A DNA stretch of 40,644 nucleotides from the NCBI GenBank assembly GCA_032718475.1, contig JAUCBJ010005172.1, positions 1 through 40,644 on the forward strand, in the 5' to 3' direction. The stretch comes from Nemertoderma westbladi. Lineage: Eukaryota > Animalia > Xenacoelomorpha. Positions within the stretch are counted from its first letter, which is position 1, and every line of letters starts with the position of its first letter. The notes under the pieces are model-generated. The model saw only the letters and a list, made by a program, of their open reading frames with translations, was not told the DNA's origin and searched no databases. Below are positions 24,602-35,951 of the stretch, one piece after another. Made by a program: the position numbers and the translations under genes.

Positions 24602-24740
24602 CTGACAATAAATTAACCCTGTCATTTACTTTATTTGTAGTTCTAATACCGCTCATGCCGCTACCGGTATTTCCTATCACCGCCGCTGTCGCTTTCGAAC
24701 CACTTCTAAAAAGTTGGAGTTGGTGTTCGGCGCTTGCCAT
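24602..24740 (-). CDS. CEP350: probable first coding exon of the CEP350-like gene
   Basis: ATG at 24740 (alternative Met in MSGIRT); consensus donor CAG|GTGAGT at 24601; 139 nt, phase 1, matching the phase-1 start of exon 2. Linkage across the 10.7-kb intron is inferred from phase and N-terminal length only. Confidence 0.55.
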
Positions 24741-24890
24741 TGACAGATTGGGTCTTTCTGTCTTTGGTCTTGTCACTCTGCTGGGCTGTGTGTAGGCCTA
24801 GTGTATTGCTATGTTACCATCTGCCAATTCCATTCCTTCCTATAATAAATGTATCCCAACTATGGCAGTATGGTTACCGTTACCGGTATA

Positions 24891-25296
24891 CAGTCAGGAA
24901 CACTGGTCACAATATGTCCAATTTACAGCCAGAATGTGTCCGCGGAAAACGCTCTCAGAGTGAAATTTCTCCATAGAATACAATGCTAAATTTCATTTGA
25001 AAACCGGCAGTGAAATTTTAACATTGGCATTCTAAAAATTATGCCATTAGAATCGCCATAAAATTCTGTATAAATTAATTTGAGAATTAGAATCTCATCG
25101 TTGGGATAACTATCATAATATTAAAAATAAAAATGTGCCCAGCTTCTGCTTTGAGTACTAGGGGAGTTACAGCCAAAATATGTCCGGAAATATAATCGCA
25201 GCCTGTCAGCCTGTGAAGGACAAATAGTGGCTGCACGGACACTTTCTGGCTGTAAATATGTGGACAATTTTTGGCTGTGACCAGTGTTCCTAACTG
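24891..25296. mobile_element. MITE with CAGT termini (Tc1/mariner-like)
   Basis: CAGTCAGGAACACTGGTCACA...TTTACAGCCAGAATGTGTCCG / CGGACACTTTCTGGCTGTAAA...TGTGACCAGTGTTCCTAACTG; GTATA on both flanks. Confidence 0.8.
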
Positions 25297-26138
25297 GTAT
25301 AGGCCTATCAGTACTGGCAGACCGGAGTATTGCAGTAGGTCAGTACCGGTAGGTAAGCAGGTAAGGCAGTAAGGTGTAAGGTAGGCCCTATATCACATCA
25401 CATACCGTACCGTACCAGTACACAGTCAGAAAGTAATCAGTAGGCCTTCCATACATCCGTATACTGGTATACTGTATACACATACAGGCTGACAGGTATA
25501 AGCAAACTGAATTGATTTGATGGAGGTAGAATAAAATGTCTGTCCTTATCTGATCTGATCTGATCTGATGGCATCTGATCCTATAACCAATCAGAAGACA
25601 GAGATATAATATTGTATATAAGGTACTGTCTGACTGTCAGTTAGGTAAATAGCCAATAGGGGATCAGGTTGCTAAGTTACATCAGTACGCCTACATAGCA
25701 CCATGGATTGTGACATACTGCAGTACTGTTACAACGGCATACTGCAGTACTGCTGTACTGGTATGCATCAGTCAGTCAGTAGGCATGGTAGGCGGATAGG
25801 CCTACAGCATAAGTGATAGGTTTAGCCTATCTGCCTATACCAGTATACTGCTATAGGCAGATGCCAGATAGGCCTAGCTTATGTCAGTATGTACCGTACC
25901 CTACTGTCAGACTGTTACCGGTACTGGGTACTTACCAGCTTACTATGGTACTTACTGTAGGTAGTTACCGACCAACCGGTACCGGTACCTAACTGCCTGA
26001 CTAAGCTAGATATAATTTTACAGGCCTAGGCCTGTAGTCACAATCAATGAGGATGTTATTGAAATTTCGGAAGTCTCAGAGTCACCATATATTTCGAAGT
26101 ACAGGACATTTTACGATAATACTAAGGATGAAATTATT

Positions 26139-26765
26139 CTAAAAATTGATCAAAAGTCCATCGTAAAATTTAAAAAAGTTACTAACTCTTTCATATTTCT
26201 CACATAGAGGGCGGAATTCTGTTCGAATAGATGCCAGAACTAGCGTTGTTGGAGCGTTGACATATTTCTTTACCAGGACATGGAATAATTTAGCATCGAC
26301 AGAATCACTGACAGATCGTTCTATTCTATGAGCATCGCGAAAGAAATGTGCTACACACGACAACAGCTTCAAACTGCTGTCTAATTTTCTGAGTCCTAGT
26401 TGTAATGCGCCTGACTCATCCGCAATCCACGGCATCAGTGGTCGAAATGGTGTCTGATTCAGTAGCATTGTCATGTTGTTTATTTCTGATAACAATTTAG
26501 CTATATTATCTGAGTGTTCAGTTAGACCGCGGCCTTTCACCTTAGCAATAGTTACCACACTTCTTAGAACTGGATGGTATGTCGTCACTTTTAGTTCAGT
26601 CCCTTTCTCTCTCAAAGTCTTCTCACACCCATCCAAAAATGGGTTTGCGTCAGAAAGAACGGTATCTGGGTTGCTCATTTGAGAAGCAAAAGTAACTTGG
26701 AGACGACTCGAGGTAATAACCCAATTCTCATCAACGTCCCATATTAACGTCCCATCACCCCACTT
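26139..26765 (-). pseudogene. truncated MULE-family DDE transposase
   Basis: FLDG (first Asp), YHP..R.V, WIADESGA (second Asp) and SCVAHF (CxxH). The frame is open upstream of the listed Met to ~26765. It stops before any catalytic Glu region. Confidence 0.8.
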
Positions 26766-27279
26766 TCATACCCGCCATCCTTTATTGCATTTTTAATATA
26801 TTGCGCCCGTAATTGCTGGGGTTTGGCATTTTTTTAAAATTACATTTCGAAGCCAATAAAATGAGTCAGGATGTAAATTTTAAATTTTTGACCAATACTT
26901 TTGAAGACACCAAGCTTGTGGGCTTTATTTTATTTATTTTTTTTATATGAAATTTGTATTCTAGGTCCAGATGTAAACAACTTCCCTATTTTATATGAAA
27001 TACAATTTTCTACTTATATTTTTATTCTAGTTTCGGATGTAAACAACTTTCGTAGCTTTAGTTGTTGTTGATACATTAAATATTTATTAAAAACAACACA
27101 ACCTTGCTGCAATATTTTACTAATCTTTCTTGTTAATAGTTATCATTATTAATTGTTATACTTAATTGTATTAATTGTATTAATTATAATTAATATTATT
27201 AAATAATGATGATGACGTATCAATATATTAAATATAAAATATTTGTTTGTTTGGTACTCTAGAGGGAAGGGTTATCACA

Positions 27280-27560
27280 GTCCTGGCTAACATATGTGGG
27301 GCGAGCCACGAAGTCCAGGTAAGCCTTAGCATAGCAGTACAATTAGTGAGCCGTCCGTCGTCGTTGTCGTCGGAAATGTTTGAACGCTAATAACTGTGTC
27401 GATCATGAATGAAATGGAACCAAACTTGGTGCACATGTAGTCTATCAAAAGTTTAGAGATTCTACACACAGACAGACTTCTATAGTTCCTCTGTCTGCCG
27501 CTAGGGGGCGAATTGACAGAAACGTAGAAGTACTGTAATTGAAAGTATTTAAAATGTGCT
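27280..27560 (+). mobile_element. possible Helentron/HINE (DINE-1 or pearl-like) fragment inside the MULE
   Basis: CCGTCCGTCGTCGTTGTCGTC microsatellite followed by AACGCTAATAACT...ACCAAACTTGG, a layout I associate with invertebrate HINEs; ends not resolved. Confidence 0.4.
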
Positions 27561-29436
27561 CATCCTTGTGGTTTGTTACAGATATTGGCCCTGTACGGAC
27601 CCGTTAAATTAATTTTTTTTTATGTTAACACAATGGTATAAAAAATAAAATTTCAATTATTCTGATCAATTTATATTGCACAAAATATGTTTCAAATATA
27701 TGTACGTGTTTTATCCTGAGTCACTGTTTTGGTTTTATTGGAGTGAGAAAACTCGAAACATACTGTACTAGTTTCGTACTTGTTCATTTAAGTATAAATT
27801 AGAAACGGGCCTAGCGGTGATATGTGAACGTCAAACACGAATGATCACCTCTAAAAGTATCACCATCGCGTAAATAACGTACTAGGTAGGTAGAACACAA
27901 TAAAAAACTTCAAACAGTAAAAAAATACAAATAGCGAAGGCATTTCTTTGTCAATTCAATTATTATTGATTGCAGAATTACAATTCGACATAAGTAATAG
28001 AATGAGGACGAATCTACGTAGACTGTTCAGTATTCAGCACTATAAATATTACATGATAAATAATCAATAAATTTCGATAATAAATCGAAATAACCACACA
28101 TTGCATCCATGTTCTATTACACAAACGGGCCTTCGCGCAGCACGTGACATAAACGTATGTTAAGCGCCGACTTGTTCAATTCTAGTTTCGCACAACCTGG
28201 CAAGCTGCCTTGCCTCACAATATTATTTCCCCCCCGGGGGGGGGGGGGGGGGAGATTTATGTTCCAATTCCGTTACTCATATTACAAATGCACAAAAAAA
28301 CATAAATTTTCAACATTCATGACATGATGCCAACTTCGTTCCGACTCTGGCGAGTTCATCCAACCTCGTTCCGACCATAGCGGGTTGGTCCAACATCGTT
28401 CCGACTCTGGAGGGTTCGTTTAAATTTGCTCCAAACCTGGCTGGTATCTCTCTGGGTGGTTCAGCAGTGGGTCTTGCTCCAGGCCCTGAATTAACGGCTG
28501 TCTTGTAAACTTCTCCAGTGGAGACTCAACAGGGCCGCGTCCGCGACTTCGTGTAAATGGGCGGGGTTTCTACTGTAGAAACCTTGCACAACCAGGTCGT
28601 GGCCCACCCAGGTTGTTAAGACTAAGGTGATGGAGGTTCCTAGCGAGTATGGACGAGTCAAAACTAGCTTAAATCATCTTGCATCCTTACACCTTAAGTA
28701 CGCTGATTCCAAATATACTGTATGTGTGTTTTATCCTTAGTCACTGTATTGGTTTTATTAGCGTTATAAAACTCGAAACATACTGTACACGTTTCGTACC
28801 TGTTCATATAAGTATAAACTAATAGGCCTACCATGTATAAACCACTAACTGCAATAAGGTGAAACAAGTGTCAGATACCGTCAGATCAGATCAGATCAGA
28901 TCAGATAAGGACAGACGTTTTAGCCGTCCTAGATTTGATGATACCGGTACCGTACTGCCGTAGGCCTACAGCCGTAGCATAAATCAGTAAATCACAGTAT
29001 TGCAGTAGAATCAGAGAGTCTACCAGTCAACGGTACGTAACTACTGTACAGCTGTCCGGCAGGCCTACTTATATAAATTTAGGAACCACCCTGTTCCAGC
29101 TGATTTTGATAATTACTGCAAGTCTAGAATATAAACCTTGTCCAACGGAAAATAAAAAATGCTTAATCTGAATATTATTGTACCTAAAAATAAGTGAGAA
29201 TAAAGTTGTTAATACTGCAATACTACTGTACTAAACTACTAAATGTCTATGGTTTACCCTGAAATCTTAATAAAAACTTTAAATCTAAATCAAATATTGT
29301 TCTGCAAGATAAGATAACGGTGTTCTAGTTCATGATTATATATTTAATTATTATCGTGTTGTATTTAATTGTTTTTTTTTTGCTTTTTTTTATTGGTTAT
29401 TGTAATTTTTATTATTATTTATTGAATAATTATTTT

Positions 29437-29793
29437 ACTACTAGGATCGGCATGCTGCATTATATATTACATATATATGAAGAATGCTCTGCCGGCTGGT
29501 CGACAAAATTGCGCCGCCACAACTCCCTTATCACCCATGACATTTGCAAGATCATCCGCCTCTTCAAGGCCAGTGTCCTTTAAGATGCGTCTCAAGAAAG
29601 TCATGGGCTGTGCACCATGCTTATTCACTCCATGAGGTTGCCAAAGTACAAGATTATGCACTGGCTGGTCCTCACGGCGAAAGCAATGTCCTGCAAAGCG
29701 GAGGCGGCTTTGTTCTAGTGTCGAGCTTGGGGGAACCAATGAGACACCTCCAATGTTATATAGTGTCTGGTTGGAGATGTGTGCATTGTACTT
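29437..29793 (-). mobile_element. 5'-truncated RTE LINE 3' end (different subfamily from 16412-19945)
   Basis: HISNQTLY...PPSSTLEQSRLRFAGHCFRREDQPVHNLVLWQP aligns with HMTNAELY..PPVSTTLRERRLRFSGHCWRSKDEVIPDLLLWQP of the full element; ends in TAGTAGTAA. Confidence 0.85.
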
Positions 29794-29834
29794 TTATAAC
29801 TTTTTGTTGGGCACAGCTTTTGCAAAGTCGGCAA

Positions 29835-29905
29835 CGACGTCCAGGTGGGATCGAACTGGTGACCTCCGTGTGGAAGTCTGACGCTCTAACCATTCAGATA
29901 GCGGC
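29835..29905 (-). mobile_element. tRNA-derived SINE head (not a functional tRNA)
   Basis: Minus strand GCCGCTATCTGAATGGTTAGAGCGTCAGACTTCCACACGGAGGTCACCAGTTCGATCCCACCTGG has A-box and B-box-like motifs at tRNA spacing, but the stems are broken. Confidence 0.65.
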
Positions 29906-30820
29906 AATACAATACAAGTAGGGCCTATACAATACCGGTAGACCTGGAAATTCCATCTTATACCTTGTATGTCCGCAATTTACCTCCTCATGGCCTCCCA
30001 TCTATCAATACCATCATGCTACCACTGTGCTCAACCCTAAAGTACTTGGCCGTCTTTCAACCACTCACTATACATCATTCACCCATAACACCAATAATAA
30101 ATTATACATTGTACTTGACACAGTGAACCCGCCGTAGCATTCTTGTAGTTATGGGCCCTAATGGTAAAGGGAGTACAGTATATACTGTAGTTTCTTATGA
30201 TATGTTCTGTATATTGGACATGACTTGATTAAATACTGTACAACCGCCACCGCACCCACATCTACTCTACATTGTACAAAGTTAAATAAACGATCAGTTA
30301 GGGAAAACCAAATCGCACCACAAACCGCATGCCACGTCGCCAAGAATAGCGGAGAGACCTTGAGCAACGAGTTGACAAGCTACAGTACCTGGATCACCTG
30401 TTCGGGTATCAGGCCACAGAATCAAATCATAGCGTCGAATGAAACGCACGCATCATGGTAACCTGAGTTACTCAGTCGCGCATCCCAGTCCAGTCTAGAA
30501 TCCGGTAACACGATAGACCTGCGGATATAGTAAATAAAAAGTTTATTATAGTCAATTTCAATCGAATTGGCTTCACTAAACACGATCAAAATTTACCTTC
30601 ATACTTTACTTTACACTTTACCTTACTTCATACTATACACATTTTTCCTACTCTGTGCGAAATTATCATTTGGCTAACCGGTATTCTGCACTAAACATAC
30701 TGTAAAAGGTTGAAATGATAAGGTTCAGAAAAATGTAAGGTAATGTAGGCTAATGTAAGGTAAAACACAGATATTTGTTATTGATTACCGGTAATTTCTA
30801 TTAATTATTTTTATTTATTT

Positions 30821-30968
30821 GGATCCGGACAATTCCGACCTCGGATAATTACGACCCGGACAATTCCGACCCATGAAAATTTCATTTATATCTTTGAATG
30901 GGTCGGAATTGTCCGGGTCGGAATTGTCATGGTCGCAATAATTGTCCGGGTCGGGATTGTCAAGGTCA
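30821..30968. mobile_element. small palindromic MITE-like element made of inverted 15-bp subrepeats
   Basis: GGACAATTCCGACCC-like units x3 on the left; GGGTCGGAATTGTCC-like units x4 on the right. Confidence 0.7.
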
Positions 30969-31804
30969 AAACTTGTCCTAACTTCAGCACACTTTATAAC
31001 TTGAAACCGGGGCTTTTCCCATTCGAAAACGTTCTGGAAGACACCCTTGGGGGATCGAAAATCGTATTGCTTTTGCAAATAAAGTCATTATCCGGTGTAG
31101 AATTTAGTGACTACGAAAACAGGACCAGTTGGGATTTGGGCATCATTCGGATTATTGATGAAACCAATACTACCTACTGTACAGTACCGATACACAAATC
31201 AGTTAAATCATTTACTACTGTATAACGTACTGTATAAGGGCATAATCAGAAATTCGTGACTTCTTTGGGAAAAAATTAACATATTTGAATTGGGATTTTG
31301 CTATTCAGGATTTTAGCATCGATAGAGCCGTATCCATAGTGCATAGAGTGTTCAGGGCATATGTATATGCATAGGTACTGTACTATCCTAGATCCTATCA
31401 CACAGACAGATACTCCACAATAACTTGAGAACTACGATATCTCTCTAAACCGTTTTCAGATTTGAAATCCTCATTAAATTCTACTCACGATGCAATAAAA
31501 ATCAAATTTCTGAAATAACGACCCGGGGGGTAACCATCCCCCCCCCCCCCCCCCCTACTTAAGACCCCCCCTACTTAAGACAACGAGACACTAAGGTAAC
31601 GCACAGTACTGCTTTTGAAGTTCGACTTGTTATTCGTTAGGTAATATTCCGTCTGTGTTCTTAGGTTTGTTTTATTTACCCATAAGAAATCAAACTACAT
31701 AATAATTTAGGATATTTTCTAGGAAATGTGGGATTGTCTCTACCGTGCTTGATAAAAGTGTGTCCATACGATTAAACAAAACTCACTTTGGAACTCGGAA
31801 AAAT

Positions 31805-32601
31805 TACTCCCCAAAGATACAAACTACTCCCCAATGATACAAACTACTCCCCAAAGATACAAACTACTCCCCAAAGATACAAACTACTCCCCAAAGATAC
31901 AAACTACTCCCCAAAGATACAAACTACTCCCCAAAGATACAAACTACTCCCCAAAGATACAAACTACTCCCCAAAGATACAACCTACTCCCCAAAGATAC
32001 AAACTACTCCCCAAAGATACAAACTCTCCCCAAAGATACAAACTACTCCCCAAAGATACAAACTACTCCCCAAAGATACAAACTACTCCCCAAAGATACA
32101 AACTACTCCCCAAAGATACAAACTACTCCCCAAAGATACAAACTACTCCCCAAAGATACAAACTACTCCCCAAAGATACAAACTACTCCCCAAAGATACA
32201 AACTACTCCCCAAAGATACAAACTACTCCCCAATGATACAAACTACTCCCCAAAGATACAAACTCTCCCCAAAGATACAAACTACTCCCCAATGATACAA
32301 ACTACTCCCCAAAGATACAAACTACTCCCCAAAGATACAAACTACTCCCCAAAGATACAAACTCTCCCCAAAGATACAAACTACTCCCCAATGATACAAA
32401 CTACTCCCCAAAGATACAAACTACTCCCCAAAGATACAACCTACTCCCCAAAGATACAAACTACTCCCCAAAGATACAAACTCTCCCCAAAGATACAAAC
32501 TACTCCCCAAAGATACAAACTACTCCCCAAAGATACAAACTACTCCCCAAAGATACAAACTACTCCCCAATGATACAAACTACACCCCAAAGATACAAAC
32601 T
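31805..32601. repeat. 20-bp minisatellite (~40 units, several 18-bp deletion variants)
   Basis: Unit TACTCCCCAAAGATACAAAC; accounts for ORFs 31788..32573 and 31834..32295. Confidence 0.97.
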
Positions 32602-34865
32602 GGAGAAGCCGTTTGAAAAATCGTATCTACCAGTTTATTTCATAATCATAAACATAAAAACTATGAAAAAAAAACTAAACTTAAAAAAAGAAATGAATAA
32701 TTAAACTTTTTTATAAAATCAAGACATGGAACCGTTTTCTATTCATACATATTACATAATTAAATTCAAGTGATTCACTTTTGTGCTAAAATTAAATTAG
32801 AAACTAAATAGTTAGTTTCCTGAAAAATGTGTTTTTTACTCTTCGATTGGCTTTTTCAGCTAGAAAAGGGGTTGCGCAATATTCAGTTGACGGTAAATAG
32901 TTGTTAAAAAGGTGTGACTTCTGATTGGTGGTCAAAGCTAGTTAGATAGGTGGTACATCCAGTAGGCCTTGGCTAGAGATTGCAACTTTTAACTTCCAAG
33001 TACGACAGAACATAAGACTAAGGTAATTTGAAAGTTGATTGCTTGTGAACGTTCTCGTAGGCTACTTCTATCTAAGTTTTCCCCCACTGTCTCCAAATAT
33101 AGAACAATGGCTTCTGGAAAATAGTTATCCTTTTGTGAACTTGGAATTATATAGCTAATCTAATTAAATGGCACTGTTACGGACATTAAGCATTGTAAGT
33201 TGGTTACCATCCCACTGACAGTCACAAATTGAAATTGATTTACGAAAAACTAAATAAATAATACAAATTAATATAATAATTATCTGCAGACGATTGAAAA
33301 CTCAATTATGCGGATACTAAGACAATATGTGGATACTAAATATATATGCCTATAAATATATAGAAACTAAATATATCGACATGGATATTTAATAATATCT
33401 CAAGAAATGATGAATGTACGTATGTGGCCTCCAATTATAAGTGTTACTTTATTTTACAAAAATAAAGTATATAGGAATATAGGAGTATATAGGAATAGTA
33501 ATTAAAGCAGAACTTCAAGGAAAAGCGGATTATTAGGAAGACAAAAAATTATTTATTTGTTGTAAGTCATCAAAGTCTAACAAGTTTGACAAAAAAAATA
33601 AGACCCTGTTGCAGCAACTTGTTGCTGGATTCCTCACACACAGAAACAAGTTTCAGAAACGAGTTACTCCGTGTGAGGGGGGCCTTAGTGTTAGTGTATG
33701 TGTTAGTTATTAATTTTGATAAAAATTTTTGTTCTAGAACATTTTTTGGAAAAAAAATACCATTCTACTGTCAAATATTTGTTCTATAGAAAAAAAACAA
33801 GCCTTTTTCATATGATAAAAATTAGTCAAACTCTGGGTACCCAAGGCTGGGATGCCGGTATTTCACTATGGAAGAAGCTTCGATGGACGATATTTATGCT
33901 GGAATAGGCCCAGATAAAAGTTAAAGAAGACTTACAACAAATATAATAATATATTACCAGCTAGAGCTACTATATACTTGCTATATTTTGTGAGTGAAGA
34001 TGATATTCGATAACGTTAATCAATAAGTCGAAAACATAGCTACTGGAGCAAAAAGATTAATTAATAATTAATTACCATCGTAATTACTGATCTAGAATAA
34101 ATAATGTGAAATCAACAGAATAAACTTATAGATCGTTGATTGGATAAATATTTTATTATATTATGCCTTTTACACCAACTAGCCGCCTTTTTCTAACTAC
34201 AAAATATTGATATGAGGTATTATAACAGCAGTGGTTTCATAATGTTACCATTTGAGAAGTAAATGTATAGGCCTATAGGCCGACATATAATTTATGTTCT
34301 GATCCTCGTGGCTTTATTTTCACTCACTCACTAACGTTCGTTGTGTAACAAAGCCACTCGGATCATCACTCTGTAAAGTGCTACTTTACACACAAGTATG
34401 TAAATAGTTATTACATAGTTCTGCATTTCGTGGCTATATTTAGCATAAACGCTACTTCGTTTGTGTAACAAACCATTTGGAATAGCCAACTGTAAACCAA
34501 ACAACAAACAAATAAGTATTGTTATATTTTATACAATACCGTAGTTAAATAATATATCGCACTTTAATATCTTAAATCCTTCCGGAACAGTACACAATGG
34601 TAGGCTGTGAAAGTTCGCTATATCGATACCGGTAACGCATTTAGCAAGCAAGGTAATTTAATAATACAACCACTTAACGGTAAAAGACTTCCTACAAGAT
34701 TACGATTTCGTTAAGCTGTTAGGTGGTGGAAAAAAGTTGCTTTTATATATCTTTATTACTGAAAAATGTAAAATGTATCTTTTGGACTTTTATCCGCTAC
34801 CCTATTTATTTGAGTACTGGAGTAGGCAACATCTATAACTTATTTCTTAGCGTAGGTCTGGAGTT

Positions 34866-35603
34866 TTACCGTAATATTTTATGAATCTCCCGTGTATGGC
34901 CCTTAAGTTGCGTATCGCAAGCGTCGGCTTTTACATTCAAGCGTTCTAACTGCGCGTTCTGTTTGTCCAACTCCCCGCCCAACCCCTCTCCTAGGGATTT
35001 CAACCGAGACAACGACTTGGCGATATCGTCGACACCGGATTCAAACTGCCGTTCGAACTCATCCTCCTGTCGCTGGTAGCCAGGGACACAACCGTACTCG
35101 ACGCCCCTGCGTAGCAACGCTGGGTGGTCTGAGGAGTCGGAACGAGAATCCTCGGGATTCGAAGCGAAACCCCGGAGTTTCGATGAGGATTCGGGTTTAT
35201 CTGCTACCGGAGGAGCCACTGAGTTCGGTTTATTTTCATCCTTCCTAAAGTAATTAACCATCCCGCCGAAGACGCTCTTAATCGAGGTTAATGTCCGTCG
35301 GGTCGTCTTTAAGTTCTCATGTATCGTGTCCAGATTGCGCTCCGCGTTATCCAGCTTCTCGCCTTGTTCCAAGAGATCCGTAGCAGTTCCTCTCCCGACA
35401 TCCTCGGTCTCGTCCAGGACGGCCAGCGATCGTTGTACACCCGTGGTAAGGTTCCGTTTACTCTGTTCTATCCGATGGCTCAAGTCGTTAGCGCGATCAC
35501 TGGACGCGCAGACTCCCCCACCCCGTACAAAGGCAACATCGTCGTCACTCCATTCCGGATCGCCGTAAAATGGGTTTGTTGGTCTTTCACTACCGGTACT
35601 CAT
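34866..35603 (-). CDS. SNAP29: synaptosomal-associated protein 29 (Qbc-SNARE), single-exon CDS, 245 aa
   Basis: N-terminal NPF motif with acidic patch; SNARE motif 1 (RSLAVLDETEDVGRGTATDLLEQGEKLDNAE...SIKSVFGG); SNARE motif 2 (LSRLKSLGEGLGGELDKQNAQLERL); no cysteine palmitoylation cluster or TM segment. Confidence 0.95.
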   Translation of the reverse strand: MSTGSERPTNPFYGDPEWSDDDVAFVRGGGVCASSDRANDLSHRIEQSKRNLTTGVQRSLAVLDETEDVGRGTATDLLEQGEKLDNAERNLDTIHENLKTTRRTLTSIKSVFGGMVNYFRKDENKPNSVAPPVADKPESSSKLRGFASNPEDSRSDSSDHPALLRRGVEYGCVPGYQRQEDEFERQFESGVDDIAKSLSRLKSLGEGLGGELDKQNAQLERLNVKADACDTQLKGHTREIHKILR

Positions 35604-35951
35604 GTTGTAAATAGTTGCATAAGCAACGGCAAAGGCTTGTCACCCCTTGTGGGTTCGGCAAGCCTACCGGTAGACACTACAGCACTAGGTCAGTAGGTTC
35701 TAGCTCTAGGGCAGCGGATCAGGCAGTCAGGGTACCCTAATGCAATCAATGGATTAGGCCTACTAGCTGTAGCTACTACTGCAGTAGGCCTACTGTACTT
35801 CTGTAGGCCTAGTCAGATAGTCTAAAACTAGCAATTCAACAATTCGCGATTAGCAGATCGCAGGATGATGATAGCAGGATAGTCAATAGTGGTAAGCGCC
35901 AGGCTGCCAGGCGATAGGCCTACTGATAGAGTGATAATACAGTAATCAGGC

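Larger units (their letters stand above)
25523..28931. mobile_element. non-autonomous Mutator-like element (MULE), 3.4 kb
   Basis: ~55-bp TIRs containing TAAAA.GTCTGTCCTTATC(TGATC)n; perfect 9-bp TSD GATTTGATG at 25514-25522 and 28932-28940; encloses a MULE transposase relic. Confidence 0.85.

Noticed and set aside
29835-29905. Functional tRNA-Gly(TCC)
   Set aside because: Acceptor, anticodon and T stems do not pair; only the promoter boxes persist.
31788-32573. 261-aa PQRYKLLPKDTNYS repeat protein
   Set aside because: Translation of a 20-bp minisatellite; the unit length is not a multiple of three.
32900-33130. CCAAT box, donor-like AAG|GTAATT and nearby ATG suggesting another gene start
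   Set aside because: The ATG is closed by a stop after five codons and no downstream exons could be linked.
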